The notes: generated from the sequence alone by a model not told the origin. A stretch of 64,000 bases of DNA from Fimbriimonadales bacterium (GCA_051003155.1 JBPCLO010000013.1:93634-157633); one strand, 5' to 3'; shown: positions 41,179-52,740, numbered from the stretch's first letter. Made by a program: numbers and translations.

Positions 41179-41400
41179 ATGCCTGAGCCGATCGGTGATT
41201 CGATTTGCCCGGAATGCGGCCAGATTTTTCAGTGTGCGGCCGCAGCCGGCGAATCGCCTTGCTGGTGTGCAAAGCTTCCACACGTCTTGCCCTGCGGAAA
41301 TCGCGACGCCGCTTGCTTCTGCCCGGAATGCCTGGGCTGTGCCATCAACGAATCCCTAAGCGAAAGCGACCGAATCCAAGCGGAAGTGTCGCCCCCCTAA
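41179..41400 (+). CDS. Cysteine-rich CWC family protein
   Basis: CPECGQIFQC..PCWC..CFCPECL. Confidence 0.85.
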   Translation: MPEPIGDSICPECGQIFQCAAAAGESPCWCAKLPHVLPCGNRDAACFCPECLGCAINESLSESDRIQAEVSPP

Positions 41401-41403
41401 CCT

Positions 41404-42135
41404 ATGCAGGGGAACGTCCTGATAACAGGAGCATCTCGCGGCATCGGACGCGCAATCGCTCAGCGCTTGGCACAGGACGGGTGGCGGCCTCTCATTCATT
41501 ACAAGGAACGGCGGTCGGAAGCCGAATTGGTAGCCGTGGAGACGCGCGGTGTCGCGGCGCCGCTCGGAACGGATCTCTCGATTCCCGCGGACTGTCAAAA
41601 GCTGTGGAAATGGGCGATTGCGGAGGGCCCGGTACGAGCGCTAGTCAACAACGCGGGGTTGTACATCGCCCAAGCCTTCGACATAGAATCGGACGATGCG
41701 TTTGCAGAAGCTTGGCGAGCCAGCTATGAAACGAACTTTGGCTCTTCCCTCAGGCTCACCAGATACTTTTTGAAGCAGGCGCGCGATGGAGATCGAATCC
41801 TAAACGTTTGCTCCCGGGTCGGATTTCGCGGCGAGGCCGGAGCTGCTCACTATGCCGCAAGCAAAGCGGCGCTTGCTAACCTAACCCGGTCTTTGGCAAT
41901 CGAGCTTGCACCCAAGAAGATCGGGGTGTTCGGGATCGCGCCGGGATGGGTTGAAACGGCCATGATTCGCGAAGGAATGGAGGCCAGAAAAGCTGAGATT
42001 ATCGCCGGAATTCCCCTCGGCCGAGTTGCTGCGCCCGAGGACTGCGCGGCTGCGGCCGCCTTTCTAATGAGCGATGATGCTTCCTATTTGAGCGGTCAGA
42101 TTATCGACGTCAACGGGGCAAGCTATTTTCATTAG
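41404..42135 (+). CDS. SDR family oxidoreductase
   Basis: TGASRGIG, NNAG, YAASK, APGWVET. Confidence 0.92.
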   Translation: MQGNVLITGASRGIGRAIAQRLAQDGWRPLIHYKERRSEAELVAVETRGVAAPLGTDLSIPADCQKLWKWAIAEGPVRALVNNAGLYIAQAFDIESDDAFAEAWRASYETNFGSSLRLTRYFLKQARDGDRILNVCSRVGFRGEAGAAHYAASKAALANLTRSLAIELAPKKIGVFGIAPGWVETAMIREGMEARKAEIIAGIPLGRVAAPEDCAAAAAFLMSDDASYLSGQIIDVNGASYFH

Positions 42136-42201
42136 CGGTATAATAAACGGGTTCCCCTAATCGGCGCTTTCGCCCGCGCGTGCCCGGGACCTGCGACAAA
42201 C

Positions 42202-43311
42202 ATGGCAAGGCATCTGGTCCTTAAGGATGGAACGGTCTACAGCGGACAGCCGCTCGGGGCGGACCTGGAGTCCGCAGGTGAGGTCGTTTTCAACACGGGG
42301 ATGACCGGATATCAAGAGATCCTGACAGACCCAAGTTACGCCGGTCAAATCGTTCTTTTCACCTACCCCCTCATCGGCAACTACGGCATTAATGCCGACG
42401 ACTTCGAGTCCGAACGCGTGCAGGTATCGGGGATCATTGTTCGCGAAGCGGCGGCGTCGCCCAGCAATTGGCGGAGCCGTAAGTCCCTCGATACTTTCCT
42501 GAAAGAGAGCTCGACCGCAGGTATCCAAGGGATCGACACGAGGGCCATCACGAAATACCTTCGGTCCGCAGGAGTGACGATGGGAATGATTACCTCAGAC
42601 TCCCCGGCAACGGCTCTTGAGCGGCTGCGCACGGAGACTGATTACGGTGATCAACACTTCGTCGAACAGGTAAGCGCGACTTCGCCTTACGCTTGGGGAT
42701 ACGAAGGCAAGGAGGATATCGACGCCCCGGCTTCCGGTTACAAGTGCAAGGTGGCGGTGCTGGACCTCGGTCTCAAGTACAACATCCTTCGGCGTTTGGC
42801 GGCTCTAGGTTGCCGCTCGATCGTGCTCCCGCAGTCGGCGGGAGCCCAGGAGATCCTCGGCTGGCGGCCGGATGGCATCGTGATTTCCCCTGGCCCTGGC
42901 GACCCCAAGAACCTCGCTAGATCGATTTCGACCGTCAAAGACCTGCTGGGCAACGTGCCGCTCTTCGGCATCTGCCTTGGGAACCAAATGCTCGCCCACG
43001 CGCTTGGGGGACAGACTTATAAGCTAAAGTTCGGGCACCGTGGAAGCAATCACCCGGTAAAGGATTTGCGTTCGGGCAAGGTCGCCATCACTTCACAGAA
43101 CCACGGCTACGCGGTCGATCCCGAATCCCTCGTCGGCGCCGGCGCCGAGGTCGATCAAGTCAATTTGAACGACGGTACGGTTGAAGGGATTCGACACGAT
43201 GCGCTCGCCGCGCGGAGCATTCAGTACCACCCCGAGGCCGCTCCTGGACCATGGGACTCTCGCCCGTACTTTGCCGAGTTCGTCCAGCGGATTGGAGCTG
43301 CTGGATCATGA
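42202..43311 (+). CDS. carA: Carbamoyl-phosphate synthase small subunit
   Basis: [29 protein letters not shown]. Confidence 0.97.
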   Translation: MARHLVLKDGTVYSGQPLGADLESAGEVVFNTGMTGYQEILTDPSYAGQIVLFTYPLIGNYGINADDFESERVQVSGIIVREAAASPSNWRSRKSLDTFLKESSTAGIQGIDTRAITKYLRSAGVTMGMITSDSPATALERLRTETDYGDQHFVEQVSATSPYAWGYEGKEDIDAPASGYKCKVAVLDLGLKYNILRRLAALGCRSIVLPQSAGAQEILGWRPDGIVISPGPGDPKNLARSISTVKDLLGNVPLFGICLGNQMLAHALGGQTYKLKFGHRGSNHPVKDLRSGKVAITSQNHGYAVDPESLVGAGAEVDQVNLNDGTVEGIRHDALAARSIQYHPEAAPGPWDSRPYFAEFVQRIGAAGS

Positions 43312-46300
43312 GGAAAGTCATGGTCATCGGTAGTGGTCCCATCATCATCGGCCAAGCCGCGGAGTTCGACTATGCCGGAACCCAGGCTTGTCGATCGCTG
43401 AAAGAGGAGGGCCTGGAAGTTGTCCTCATTAACAGCAACCCGGCAACGATCATGACAGACCTCGAAACCGCCGACCGCGTGTACATCGAACCCCTAACTC
43501 CCGAGTTCTGCGAGCGGGTGATAGAAATCGAAAGGCCCGACGGCTTGCTAGCTTCGTTGGGAGGGCAGACGGGGCTTAACCTCGCAACCCAACTTGCTAA
43601 TCGAGGCGTGCTCGACAAGTACGACTTACGCCTCCTGGGAACGCCTCTCAGCGCAATCGAGATGGCGGAAGATCGTGAGTTGTTCCGCAAACTCATGAGA
43701 GACATTCGGGAACCCGTGCCCGAGAGTTGGATCGTCGAGAGCGTGGAAGAGCTCGATGCTTTGATCAAGATTGTGCCATATCCCTGTATTATTCGACCGG
43801 CTTATACCCTGGGAGGGACCGGCGGTGGCGTGGCTGCAACGCCCGAGGAACTTCTTGAAATCGGCAAACTGGGCCTCTCTCTAAGCATGCGTGGCCAGGT
43901 CATGGTCGAGCGTTCCCTTCTCGGATGGAAGGAGATCGAGTATGAGGTGATGCGGGACAGCGCCGACAACTGCATCACGATCTGCAATATGGAGAACCTC
44001 GACCCGATGGGGGTCCACACGGGTGATTCCATAGTCGTCGCCCCGTCGCAAACACTTTCGGATATCGAGTACCACATTCTGCGAAGCGCTTCGCTCAAGA
44101 TTATTCGAGCCCTCGGCGTCGAAGGCGGATGCAATGTTCAGCTCGCCGTGAATCCACATTCGTTCGACTACTACGTAATAGAGGTCAATCCGCGCGTCTC
44201 GCGCTCGTCGGCGCTCGCTTCGAAAGCCACCGGGTATCCAATCGCGAGGGTCTCCGCTAAGGTGGCGGTCGGCCAGACGCTCGATCAAATCGAGAATGCT
44301 GTAACCAAAACTACGAAGGCCTGCTTTGAACCGGCGCTCGACTACTGCGTGGTCAAGATCCCACGCTGGCCGTTCGATAAATTCACGTCCGGCGACCGGC
44401 GGCTAAGCACGCAAATGAAGGCGACGGGTGAGGTTATGGCGATCGACCGCTCATTCGAGGAAGCGCTGCTCAAAGCCGTCCGCGGCCTTGAAGTGGACCA
44501 GCGGGATCTGACGCATGACGACTTTGCGTCCATATCCGACAAGGAGTTGGAAATCGAAGTACGCGTTCCCACGCACGAGCGGCTCTGGGCGTTGGCGGAG
44601 GCGCTCCGAAGAGGGTGGACGGTGGAGCGAGTGAACTCGATTTCGAAGGTCGATCCCTGGTTCCTCGAGCGGATCGGCAATGCGCTGGACGTCCAGGGAG
44701 CGCCCAAGGCGACCTCATTCAAAATGGTCGATACGTGCGCTGCGGAATTCGAGAGCCACACGCCCTACTACTACAGCAGTTCCGATCCCGAGGACGATTT
44801 CCTGGGCGATGACCCGAGAGAGTCGATCCTCGTTCTCGGCAGCGGCCCAATTAGGATCGGCCAGGGCATCGAATTCGACTACTCCTGCGTCCACTGCGCC
44901 TGGGCCCTGCAGAAGCTGGGCTATCGCTCAGTCATCCTCAACAACAACCCTGAGACGGTCAGCACCGATTTCGACACCGCCGATGCGCTCTACTTCGACC
45001 CCGTGACGTTCGAGGACGCGATGAGGGTGATCCAACACGAACGAGTGAGGGGCGTTATGTTACAGTTTGGCGGACAAACTGCCATTAATCTTGCCAAGAG
45101 CCTTGCCGATGCAGGTGTAGCGATCATCGGCACCCAGCCCCGCGCGATCACTGAGGCCGAAGACCGGGATATGTTCGATAAAATGCTGGAAAAGCTAAAT
45201 ATATCTCGGCCTCGCGGAGCCGGAGTTACAAATGTCGATGAAGCCCTCGCGGTCGCACGGGATGTCGGTTACCCGGTGCTGGTCCGGCCCAGCTTCGTGC
45301 TCGGAGGCAGGGCGATGGAGATCGTCTGGTCGGATGTGGAGCTCCGTAGCTATATCAAGGTGGCCGCGCGGGTGAGCGGAGACGCCCCGGTCCTCGTCGA
45401 TAAGTACCTGCCCGACACCGAAGCGGAGGTAGACGCCATATCCGACGGTTCCGACACGCTCATCCCAGGAATCATGGAGCATGTTGAAAGGGCCGGAGTC
45501 CACAGCGGCGACAGTATGGCGGTCTACCCTGCAGTCTCGATCTCGGAGAACGCCCAGAGAGAGATGGTCCGCATCGCCGGAGACATCGCGCGTACCCTCG
45601 GAATCCGTGGCATCATGAACATCCAATTCGTGATCCACAAGGGAGAACCGTATGTCCTCGAGGTCAACCCGCGGGCCAGCCGGACCGTACCCTTTCTAAG
45701 CAAAGCCACGAGCCTACCGATGGTGTCGATCGCAACTCGATGCGCCCTTGGAATATCGCTGAAAGACCAAGGCTACGGCAGCGGCGTCTGGGACCCTGTG
45801 TCGGGAACCGTTTCGCGGTTCGGATTGGACCCCAAAGTACAAACCCCTCCGGACCCGGGGCTGTTTGCCGTCAAGGCGCCGGTGTTCAGCTTCCAAAAGC
45901 TCACGCTCGTCGAGCCAAGCCTCGGCCCCGAGATGAAGAGCACCGGCGAGGTTCTCGGGATCGACCACACCTATGCGAGTGCCCTCCTGAAGGCGATGAT
46001 CGCGGCGAATCTGACGGTAACCGCTTCCGGCACGGCCCTCGTCACGGTACGGGACCAAGACAAGGCCGAGTTGGTGGAAATCGCGCGCAGTTTGCGCGAG
46101 CTTGGATTCGATATGATGGCCACACCGGGAACACATGCCGAGCTCACCCGCGCAGAAATCCCTTCGAGAAAGGTACAGAAGATCAGCGACGCCCCCGACG
46201 ACAACCTCTTGACCGCAGTGCGGTCCGGGCAAGTGAGCCTCTTGATTAACACTCCGAGCGAGGACCGTGTCGCTGAGTCCGAAGCTATGCATATTCGGCG

Positions 46301-46448
46301 AACGTGCGTCGAAAAGGGGATCCCCTGTATCACGAGCATCGACACCGCAAAAGCGCTTGTGATCGCCCTTCAGGCGCGCCAGGGTGGTGGCCACGTTCAC
46401 TGCAAGAGCCTCGACGAATACACCAACGCGGCCGCTGTAGTTTCGTGA
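43308..46448 (+). CDS. carB: Carbamoyl-phosphate synthase large subunit
   Basis: [15 protein letters not shown], duplicated ATP-grasp, MGS domain; ATGA overlap with carA. Confidence 0.97.
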   Translation: MRKVMVIGSGPIIIGQAAEFDYAGTQACRSLKEEGLEVVLINSNPATIMTDLETADRVYIEPLTPEFCERVIEIERPDGLLASLGGQTGLNLATQLANRGVLDKYDLRLLGTPLSAIEMAEDRELFRKLMRDIREPVPESWIVESVEELDALIKIVPYPCIIRPAYTLGGTGGGVAATPEELLEIGKLGLSLSMRGQVMVERSLLGWKEIEYEVMRDSADNCITICNMENLDPMGVHTGDSIVVAPSQTLSDIEYHILRSASLKIIRALGVEGGCNVQLAVNPHSFDYYVIEVNPRVSRSSALASKATGYPIARVSAKVAVGQTLDQIENAVTKTTKACFEPALDYCVVKIPRWPFDKFTSGDRRLSTQMKATGEVMAIDRSFEEALLKAVRGLEVDQRDLTHDDFASISDKELEIEVRVPTHERLWALAEALRRGWTVERVNSISKVDPWFLERIGNALDVQGAPKATSFKMVDTCAAEFESHTPYYYSSSDPEDDFLGDDPRESILVLGSGPIRIGQGIEFDYSCVHCAWALQKLGYRSVILNNNPETVSTDFDTADALYFDPVTFEDAMRVIQHERVRGVMLQFGGQTAINLAKSLADAGVAIIGTQPRAITEAEDRDMFDKMLEKLNISRPRGAGVTNVDEALAVARDVGYPVLVRPSFVLGGRAMEIVWSDVELRSYIKVAARVSGDAPVLVDKYLPDTEAEVDAISDGSDTLIPGIMEHVERAGVHSGDSMAVYPAVSISENAQREMVRIAGDIARTLGIRGIMNIQFVIHKGEPYVLEVNPRASRTVPFLSKATSLPMVSIATRCALGISLKDQGYGSGVWDPVSGTVSRFGLDPKVQTPPDPGLFAVKAPVFSFQKLTLVEPSLGPEMKSTGEVLGIDHTYASALLKAMIAANLTVTASGTALVTVRDQDKAELVEIARSLRELGFDMMATPGTHAELTRAEIPSRKVQKISDAPDDNLLTAVRSGQVSLLINTPSEDRVAESEAMHIRRTCVEKGIPCITSIDTAKALVIALQARQGGGHVHCKSLDEYTNAAAVVS

Positions 46449-46519
46449 AACTGTGAACCTCGTGGATGCGTCAGAGTTTTGTCCCGAGCCAGTAGACTAA
46501 CCGAACGAGACGCCTAATC

Positions 46520-47470
46520 ATGCACACACTCATCTTGGCAGCTGCCGCGCTTGCTAATCCCCAAGGCCAGAAGATCGACCTAAATCGGCTCTTCATAGGA
46601 GGGGAGAAAGCAATTTATGAATTCAACAGCCGGATCTCTGTGGATTCACGAATGGTGCCTTTACAGACATTCATTCCGGAAACGGACAGTTTCACCTACA
46701 CCTTCACAACGCTCGTCGAACAGATGAAGCCGGATGGAGTGGCCGACTTAAGGTTCAGGCGCCCCAAGATTGTCTTGAATATGGGCGAGACTTTCGACTC
46801 GCCCCCAAAATCCCTGCCGCTTCAAAAGGACGAGAACTACCTCTTTACGATCTCGCGCAAGAACCAAATGCTCGCGGTGAAGGATTTCACTCCGCGCAAA
46901 AAGGAAAAGGACGGCTCAGCGGCAGTCGCGCTTCGCTCTCGCACCGAGGCGGGTGCAGGACAGATCGACATCGGTGCTTGGATAGGGCAGCTTAGACAGA
47001 TCGGAGCATTCGTCAACTTCTTCGACCTCGGACCGATTTTGCCGAACGAGCCGGTGGCGGTGGGCGACATCTGGAAGGATACAATCGGCTACGTGCCGGC
47101 AACCGTTTCCGCAGGCGCAGACAAAGGGAAGAGCATAAACGCCCGAATCGACTATCTGATGACGTTTATGGGGGCAACCAATCTGAACGGACGGGCCGTT
47201 TGGCACATTCAGGGCAAGATCAGTCAGGACAGCGACGCCGCCCCTTATATCGCTCAACTATTGAACGTCAAGCTGGAGCGGGCGCCCTTTAAGGAGATCA
47301 AGCTTAAGATCGACGGCTTGGTCGACTACTACCTCGATCATAAAACGCTCCACCCGCTCCAAATAAAGGCTACCAGCGAGGGCTCGGTCGACGTTACGGT
47401 GAGCGACTACTCGGGAGGGCCGGTATACGAAGAGCGGTTTAAGAGCCGAGCCAGCCTAGTCAAGATGTAG
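46520..47470 (+). CDS. Hypothetical secreted protein
   Basis: 316-aa ORF with short signal-like leader. Confidence 0.65.
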   Translation: MHTLILAAAALANPQGQKIDLNRLFIGGEKAIYEFNSRISVDSRMVPLQTFIPETDSFTYTFTTLVEQMKPDGVADLRFRRPKIVLNMGETFDSPPKSLPLQKDENYLFTISRKNQMLAVKDFTPRKKEKDGSAAVALRSRTEAGAGQIDIGAWIGQLRQIGAFVNFFDLGPILPNEPVAVGDIWKDTIGYVPATVSAGADKGKSINARIDYLMTFMGATNLNGRAVWHIQGKISQDSDAAPYIAQLLNVKLERAPFKEIKLKIDGLVDYYLDHKTLHPLQIKATSEGSVDVTVSDYSGGPVYEERFKSRASLVKM

Positions 47471-47490
47471 CCGCGGTGCTATGATGCACC

Positions 47491-49188
47491 GTGGCCTCCA
47501 TCGCCGAAGCCCCTGAAAGGGACGTTCTATCAGATGGCCTTTCGAGACGGAGCGTTTGGATCGCCGCAGGCATCGTTTTCTTAATTGCGTTCGGCTTTCG
47601 ACTTACCGGTATCGGATGGGGCTTGCCGTCGGAAAATCGCCACCAATCGCTCCACCCGGACGAGGTGCTGATCAAAGAAGTAGCCGACCGCACGCCGTAT
47701 CTGCGGCCGGGTTTCTATAATTACGGAACGCTCTACTTGACTGCGCTGAAAGTAGGCACCGACATGGGTCGAAGCTACGGCTGGGTTAAGGAAGGGACTT
47801 CCGTTCCTCGATGGCAAACCGATCAGGACATCCATCGCACCGGCCGAATCATCAGCGCCGCCGCGGGTGCCGCGACGGTTGCGATTGTCTTTGCGACCCT
47901 CTTGATGTTGACCGGCCTGCTCGGATCGAGCGTTGGGGCGCTTTCGCTCCTCGTAGCTTCCGGCCATGTCGTGCATTCGCGGTTTCAAACCTCGGATGTT
48001 ATGGCAACTCTCTTCGTGGCAGCGGCAATTCATTTCACGGTGCGGCTCTTACGACCACAGGGCGCGCCGTTTCGACAAACGATGGCTGCTGCGGTTGCGA
48101 TTGGGCTCGCGGCAGGAACCAAGTACTCAGGAGCGTTGATGATCATTCCGCTTCTTCTAGCGATTTGGTGGACCGATCCCAAATCCTTTTTCAGAACGGC
48201 CGCGATAGCCGTCGTCTCATTCGTATTCGTCTTCGTGCTGGCAACCCCGGGAATCATTCTGGAAAGCAGTCGGTTTTGGATAGGATTTACCTATGAACTT
48301 GCTCATTCTGCCGCAGGACACGGGATCGTGTTCGCCAACACAGCGAGTGCATTCGCTTACCAAATCAGCAATATTCTCGAAGCCTTCGGCATCGTTCCCG
48401 CCGTCCTTGGAACGGTGGGAATCGCATACATGGCAATCAAACGTCATAGATGGGCGCTTATCCTTGCACTTTTCATGCTCATCTACTACTTTACAATCGG
48501 CAGAGCCGAGGTCAAGTTTCTTCGCTACGTTCTGCCGCTCCTGCCGATATTGGCGATAGGCGTCGGAGTCCTTGTTGGCAAGCTGCACAGGCGCGGAGGC
48601 TATTACCGGGTCGCGACGGGCGCAGCCGTCTTCCTCGTCGGAGCTTCGCTCGCTGGCAGCCGAGGGGCGATTGCGATGACCGGGTTTATGGCCCGCCAAG
48701 ACCCGCGGGACCAGGCGGCCGCCTGGCTAGATAAGCAAAATGGCACGATCGGTTTCGTGTCCGATCCGTGGTTCTATTCGCCCCCGCTTTTCCCGGACAC
48801 CGGGCTGCTTTCGCCGAAAGCCCGACTCGAAGCTATGGAACAGAACCCGCGCCTGGTGCGATATGTCTCGCCCGACGGCCCGAAGCTCGATTGGGACCCT
48901 CGCTTGATCACCGGGGTGCAGCCTGATACGATCGTAATCAGCAGCTTTGAGTTCGTTGACAGCGATCGTACCAATCAGCCGTCCTTACTGGAGTTCATGC
49001 CGCTCTTGAGCGAGTCGTACCAACTGGCCGCGATTGTTTGGGGCGGGGAGGTTGCGACACCGCCTACGGGGCAGCCGGGGGCGCCGGTGACGCGGGAATC
49101 GCTCAGAGAGATCATCGGCTCGCGTTACCCGACCACGCACGATATGATGTACATTCAGCCTACAATATGCATTCTTCGCAAGAAATAG
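47491..49188 (+). CDS. GT-C fold glycosyltransferase (GT39/ArnT/PMT-like)
   Basis: HPDE motif after TM1, multiple TMs, GTKY, RYVLPLLP. Confidence 0.82.
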   Translation: MASIAEAPERDVLSDGLSRRSVWIAAGIVFLIAFGFRLTGIGWGLPSENRHQSLHPDEVLIKEVADRTPYLRPGFYNYGTLYLTALKVGTDMGRSYGWVKEGTSVPRWQTDQDIHRTGRIISAAAGAATVAIVFATLLMLTGLLGSSVGALSLLVASGHVVHSRFQTSDVMATLFVAAAIHFTVRLLRPQGAPFRQTMAAAVAIGLAAGTKYSGALMIIPLLLAIWWTDPKSFFRTAAIAVVSFVFVFVLATPGIILESSRFWIGFTYELAHSAAGHGIVFANTASAFAYQISNILEAFGIVPAVLGTVGIAYMAIKRHRWALILALFMLIYYFTIGRAEVKFLRYVLPLLPILAIGVGVLVGKLHRRGGYYRVATGAAVFLVGASLAGSRGAIAMTGFMARQDPRDQAAAWLDKQNGTIGFVSDPWFYSPPLFPDTGLLSPKARLEAMEQNPRLVRYVSPDGPKLDWDPRLITGVQPDTIVISSFEFVDSDRTNQPSLLEFMPLLSESYQLAAIVWGGEVATPPTGQPGAPVTRESLREIIGSRYPTTHDMMYIQPTICILRKK

Positions 49189-50066
49189 ACAACCAGATCG
49201 CTTGGTTCCTCGACCATTTGCAGGGTGAGCGGGGAGCGAGTCCGCACACGGTCACAGCTTACGAGCGCGACCTGAGGCAGATTTCAGAGCTGTACCGCGG
49301 CAGCGATTGGACGAAGTTCGGGAACGTCGATGCCGCGGCGGTGCGAAGCGCGTTCGGGGCGCGGGGGCTTTCACCGTCCACTATTCAGAGAAAGACGGCG
49401 GCCCTGCGCAGCCTCTTGAAGTTCCTGTCTTCGCGCTCGAAGGCCCCGATCGACGGGCTGCCGAGCATGAAGGGCCTGCGAAAGGCGAAGGCGCTGCCCA
49501 AGGCGCTCTCCATCGAGGAGATGGAAAGGCTCCTGGCCCGCCCCGATCTGACGACGCCGCCGGGCCTGCGGGATCGGGCAATGATCGAGCTGCTCTACGG
49601 AGGCGGGCTTCGGGTCACCGAGCTCGTGGAGCTTCGGATGGAGCATTACGTCGAGTCCGAATCGCTCCTGCGAATCTTCGGCAAGCGTGGCAAAACGCGC
49701 ATGATCCCGATTCCGGCGGGGACGCACGAGTGGCTCAGGAAGTACCTCGCTGAAGGCCGGCCGAAGCTGCTCAGGAAACCCTCCCCGGAGGTATTCGTAA
49801 ACCAGAGGGGCTCGCGCCTGTCGCGCTCAGGCGTGTTTCGAATCCTGGCCGCCTATGCCAGGGCCGCCGGCATCGAGACGTTGATCAGCCCACATACTTT
49901 GAGGCATACCTACGCGGTTCACTTGGTTCAGGCCGGGGCGGACTTGCGGAGTGTGCAGGAGCTCCTCGGCCACGCCTCCGTCGCAACCACCGAGGTCTAC
50001 ACCCACCTCGACATGGAAACGGTCAAGCGCAAGTACGACGCGGCGCATCCGCGAGCACGGAAATAG
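49167..50066 (+). CDS. xerD: Tyrosine recombinase XerD-like
   Basis: T..AY.RDL, RDRAMIELLY..GLRV.EL, PHTLRH.YA.HL, VQELLGHA...T..YTH. Confidence 0.85.
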   Translation: MHSSQEIDNQIAWFLDHLQGERGASPHTVTAYERDLRQISELYRGSDWTKFGNVDAAAVRSAFGARGLSPSTIQRKTAALRSLLKFLSSRSKAPIDGLPSMKGLRKAKALPKALSIEEMERLLARPDLTTPPGLRDRAMIELLYGGGLRVTELVELRMEHYVESESLLRIFGKRGKTRMIPIPAGTHEWLRKYLAEGRPKLLRKPSPEVFVNQRGSRLSRSGVFRILAAYARAAGIETLISPHTLRHTYAVHLVQAGADLRSVQELLGHASVATTEVYTHLDMETVKRKYDAAHPRARK

Positions 50067-50071
50067 CCTGT

Positions 50072-50103
50072 GAGCCCTCGGTGGCCGGAGTCGGCGAGGG
50101 CTC
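50072..50103. terminator. Hairpin between convergent xerD and rplL
   Basis: gagccctcg ... cgagggctc 9-bp inverted repeat; no strong U tract. Confidence 0.5.
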
Positions 50104-50129
50104 CTGATTTCAGGGCCGGAGTAGCGGGG

Positions 50130-50513
50130 CTATTTGATTTCGGCTTTGCCGCCTGCTTCTTCGACAGAAGCCTTGATCTTCTCCGCTTCGTCCTTGCTCA
50201 CGCCCTGCTTGATGGGGCCTGGGGCGGCGTCGACCACGTCCTTGGCTTCTTTGAGGCCGAGGCCGGTCAGCTCGCGGACGGCCTTGATGACCTGGAGCTT
50301 CGCGTCGCCAACTTCGGAGAGCATCACATCGAAGCTCGTCTTCTCCTCGGCGACGACGGCTTCGCCCGCAGGAGGCCCCGCCATCGCCATGCCCATCATC
50401 GGCGCGGCTGCGGTCACGTCGAACTTCTCCTCCATGGCCTTCCTGAGCTCGCTGAGCTGGAGAGCGGTCATGCCTGCGATCTTTTCTACGACTTCTTCAA
50501 TTACGGTTGCCAT
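50130..50513 (-). CDS. rplL: 50S ribosomal protein L7/L12
   Basis: [26 protein letters not shown]. Confidence 0.97.
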   Translation of the reverse strand: MATVIEEVVEKIAGMTALQLSELRKAMEEKFDVTAAAPMMGMAMAGPPAGEAVVAEEKTSFDVMLSEVGDAKLQVIKAVRELTGLGLKEAKDVVDAAPGPIKQGVSKDEAEKIKASVEEAGGKAEIK

Positions 50514-51319
50514 TATTCTTGTCCTTCCTTCGGTTCTTCTTCGGTGGGTGCGGGTTCTGTCTCTGGGGGTGCTTCTGGTTCAGCTTCCGGCTCTTGAACG
50601 GGCCCTTCGGATGTGGGCTGGTCTGCTTCGGGAGCCTCGGCTTCGGCCGCCTGCTCTAAGGCTGCAGGCTCTTCCGCCGCCGGTGCTTCCTCGGGGGCCG
50701 CTGCTTCCGCGACGGGCTCCGATTCGGCAGGGGCCCCTTCCGCAGGCGCTTCCAAGGCAGACTTTTCCGCCTTCTCCGGTTCAGCCAATGAAGGCTCAGG
50801 CGCGGAGCCAGCTTTGTCGGCGATAGCAGCGATCATGCGGATCGGGCCGACGAGCATCTCGTTGATCGTCCCGACCACGTTGGCGATCGGAGCTTGAACG
50901 AGTCCGACGATCATCGATAGCAGCTCCTGGCGCGAGGGCAGCTTGCTGAACGCCTCGACGTCGGCTGACGACAGCGCTTTTCCATCCAAAAATCCGCCCT
51001 TGATCTCAAAACCTTTGTGATCTTTGGCAAATTTGACGAGAAGCTTGGCGCAAGCCGGCTCCTCCCGGAAGATGAAGGCGGTGGCCGTCGGGCCGTTGTG
51101 AAGCTCTGCCGGCAGCGAACTCACGTCGTCGCCCAGCGCGATGCGCAAGAGGGTGTTTTTGACTACGTGGTACTCGCCGCCGGTTACCCTTAGACTTTCC
51201 CGCAACGCCTGGATTTCGTGGACCTTGAGGCCGCGATAGTCCGTGAAGACCATCCCGGTGGACTCTTGGCGCCACTGGCGTGTTTGCTCTATTACAGCAG
51301 TTTTTTCTGCGGTGGGCAC
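50513..51319 (-). CDS. rplJ: 50S ribosomal protein L10 with long Glu/Ala/Pro-rich tail
   Basis: [23 protein letters not shown]; upstream of rplL. Confidence 0.93.
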   Translation of the reverse strand: MPTAEKTAVIEQTRQWRQESTGMVFTDYRGLKVHEIQALRESLRVTGGEYHVVKNTLLRIALGDDVSSLPAELHNGPTATAFIFREEPACAKLLVKFAKDHKGFEIKGGFLDGKALSSADVEAFSKLPSRQELLSMIVGLVQAPIANVVGTINEMLVGPIRMIAAIADKAGSAPEPSLAEPEKAEKSALEAPAEGAPAESEPVAEAAAPEEAPAAEEPAALEQAAEAEAPEADQPTSEGPVQEPEAEPEAPPETEPAPTEEEPKEGQE

Positions 51320-51339
51320 TTGTTTCGTGTATCTCCCTT

Positions 51340-51470
51340 TTTAAAGTTAAGGGACCCCGCACAGGCACGTGCGGAGCCCCTCGAACGAAATCGTTTTCGG
51401 TTGTTCCGTGTTGCACCCCTCGACCGGTTCCTGGAGGATTAAGGCTTTCGCCACCGGTTGTCTGCGGAGA
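51340..51470 (-). promoter_or_regulatory. L10 leader (r-protein autoregulatory RNA)
   Basis: Minus strand CCGCAGACAACCGG..GCC TTAA..ACCGGTCGAGG resembles the L10 leader core, directly 5' of rplJ. Confidence 0.75.
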
Positions 51471-51535
51471 CCAAGGTCACCATTGTAGCACGAACTCCAC
51501 CCAGACGGAGTAGACAGGGTGAAAGAGGTGAAAGA

Positions 51536-51892
51536 ATGGATGACATTAGGATTTCAGTCGAGGACGTTCGAAAGAAACGCGACGCAGGAGAAGTTGTTCA
51601 CTTCGTGGACACCCGAAACCCGCAGGCGTGGGCCGAATCGAACGAACGGCTGCCCGGCGCGGTCAGGGTCCCTCTGGCAGATGTGGAAGAGCAGGCGGAC
51701 CAGCTTCCGCGTGGCAGCACGATCGTTGCGTATTGCACTTGACCGGATGAGGCATCGAGCGCCCGTGCGGCGCAAGCGTTCCGGTCTCATGGAAGGGAGC
51801 AGTCCTACGCCCTTGTAGGTGGGTTCGACGCCTGCCGAAACGCCGGCGGTGAAACAGAACCCAAAGCCAGGGAAGGTGCTTCGGTTGGATAG
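51536..51892 (+). CDS. Rhodanese-like protein with in-frame UGA (probable selenocysteine) at 51740-51742
   Basis: FVDTR..LPGA..IVAYCT-TGA-PDEASSARAA..YALVGGFDA; frame continues 49 codons past TGA to TAG; hairpin follows the UGA. Confidence 0.82.
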
Positions 51893-51900
51893 TAAAGGAG

Positions 51901-51933
51901 AAAGCGGGTCGGCACAAAGCCGACCCGCTTTTC
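51901..51933. terminator. Bidirectional intrinsic terminator
   Basis: aaagcgggtcggc acaaa gccgacccgcttt between convergent genes. Confidence 0.88.
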
Positions 51934-51939
51934 ATTTCG

Positions 51940-52380
51940 TTACTTATTGCGCCGCTTGAGAAGAAGCAGCCCGCCAACCGCAAGCGCTGCGAACGTGGAC
52001 GGTTCGGGCACGACCGTAACCGTGCCGGCCATACCGGATGCCGTCCCGTTGCCGTTATCGTTGCCGTGAGGCACGCAGTAGTACCACCACGTGCCGACGT
52101 TGGTAAACGTGTGTTCGAAAGTTTGGCCCGGCTTGGTCATGAACCCTGAGTCGAACACTTCGGGAATGCCCGAAACCGAAGTAGCCGTATGGACACCCTC
52201 GTCCAATATCCAGCGAATCGTATCGCCGACGTCGATGACCGCATCTTCGATCGGTTCCCCTATCGGATTCAGGCTAAAGTCGAAGTTAAAGATGTGGATT
52301 ATTATAATGTCGGCCGATGCGCTGGCCGACGCCAATCCAATCAGAGTTGCGGCGCCGCTTAGTAGAGCAAGTCGCTTCAT
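51940..52380 (-). CDS. Plastocyanin/cupredoxin-like PEP-CTERM protein
   Basis: Signal peptide, HTATS, YYC.PH...M.G.V.V copper ligands, VPEPST + TM + KRRNK. Confidence 0.9.
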   Translation of the reverse strand: MKRLALLSGAATLIGLASASASADIIIIHIFNFDFSLNPIGEPIEDAVIDVGDTIRWILDEGVHTATSVSGIPEVFDSGFMTKPGQTFEHTFTNVGTWWYYCVPHGNDNGNGTASGMAGTVTVVPEPSTFAALAVGGLLLLKRRNK

Positions 52381-52740
52381 TGATTCTCTCCTTTTCTGTC
52401 TGTCTAAGTGCAAGTGGCACTTCCCAAAAACCGATTATAGCAGGCTATCTCGCCGGTTGGATATACCAGTTGATGTACCCGGCTGGACTCCAGTCAGACC
52501 CTCATCCTCGAAGAGATGAGGAAGGCTTGAAAACTCCTCCTCATACCAGCCCTGCAAAGTGGTAAGCGGGGCGTCCTACGCAGACCTTCTCTTGCGCCGC
52601 GCGGCCGCGCCACCAGATGCTGCAATACGGTTCATCTCTCTCCTTTTATAGTGTTCATTAGCTCCGCAGCAAGGCGCGGCGAAGGATTGCGTGGACTGCC
52701 GAGGCCGGCCCCTGTATTGACGACCCCGGAAAGGCTTTTG

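Noticed and set aside
49167..50066. Prophage or island integrase
   Set aside because: ~300-aa XerD-like protein among housekeeping genes; no att repeats or cargo seen
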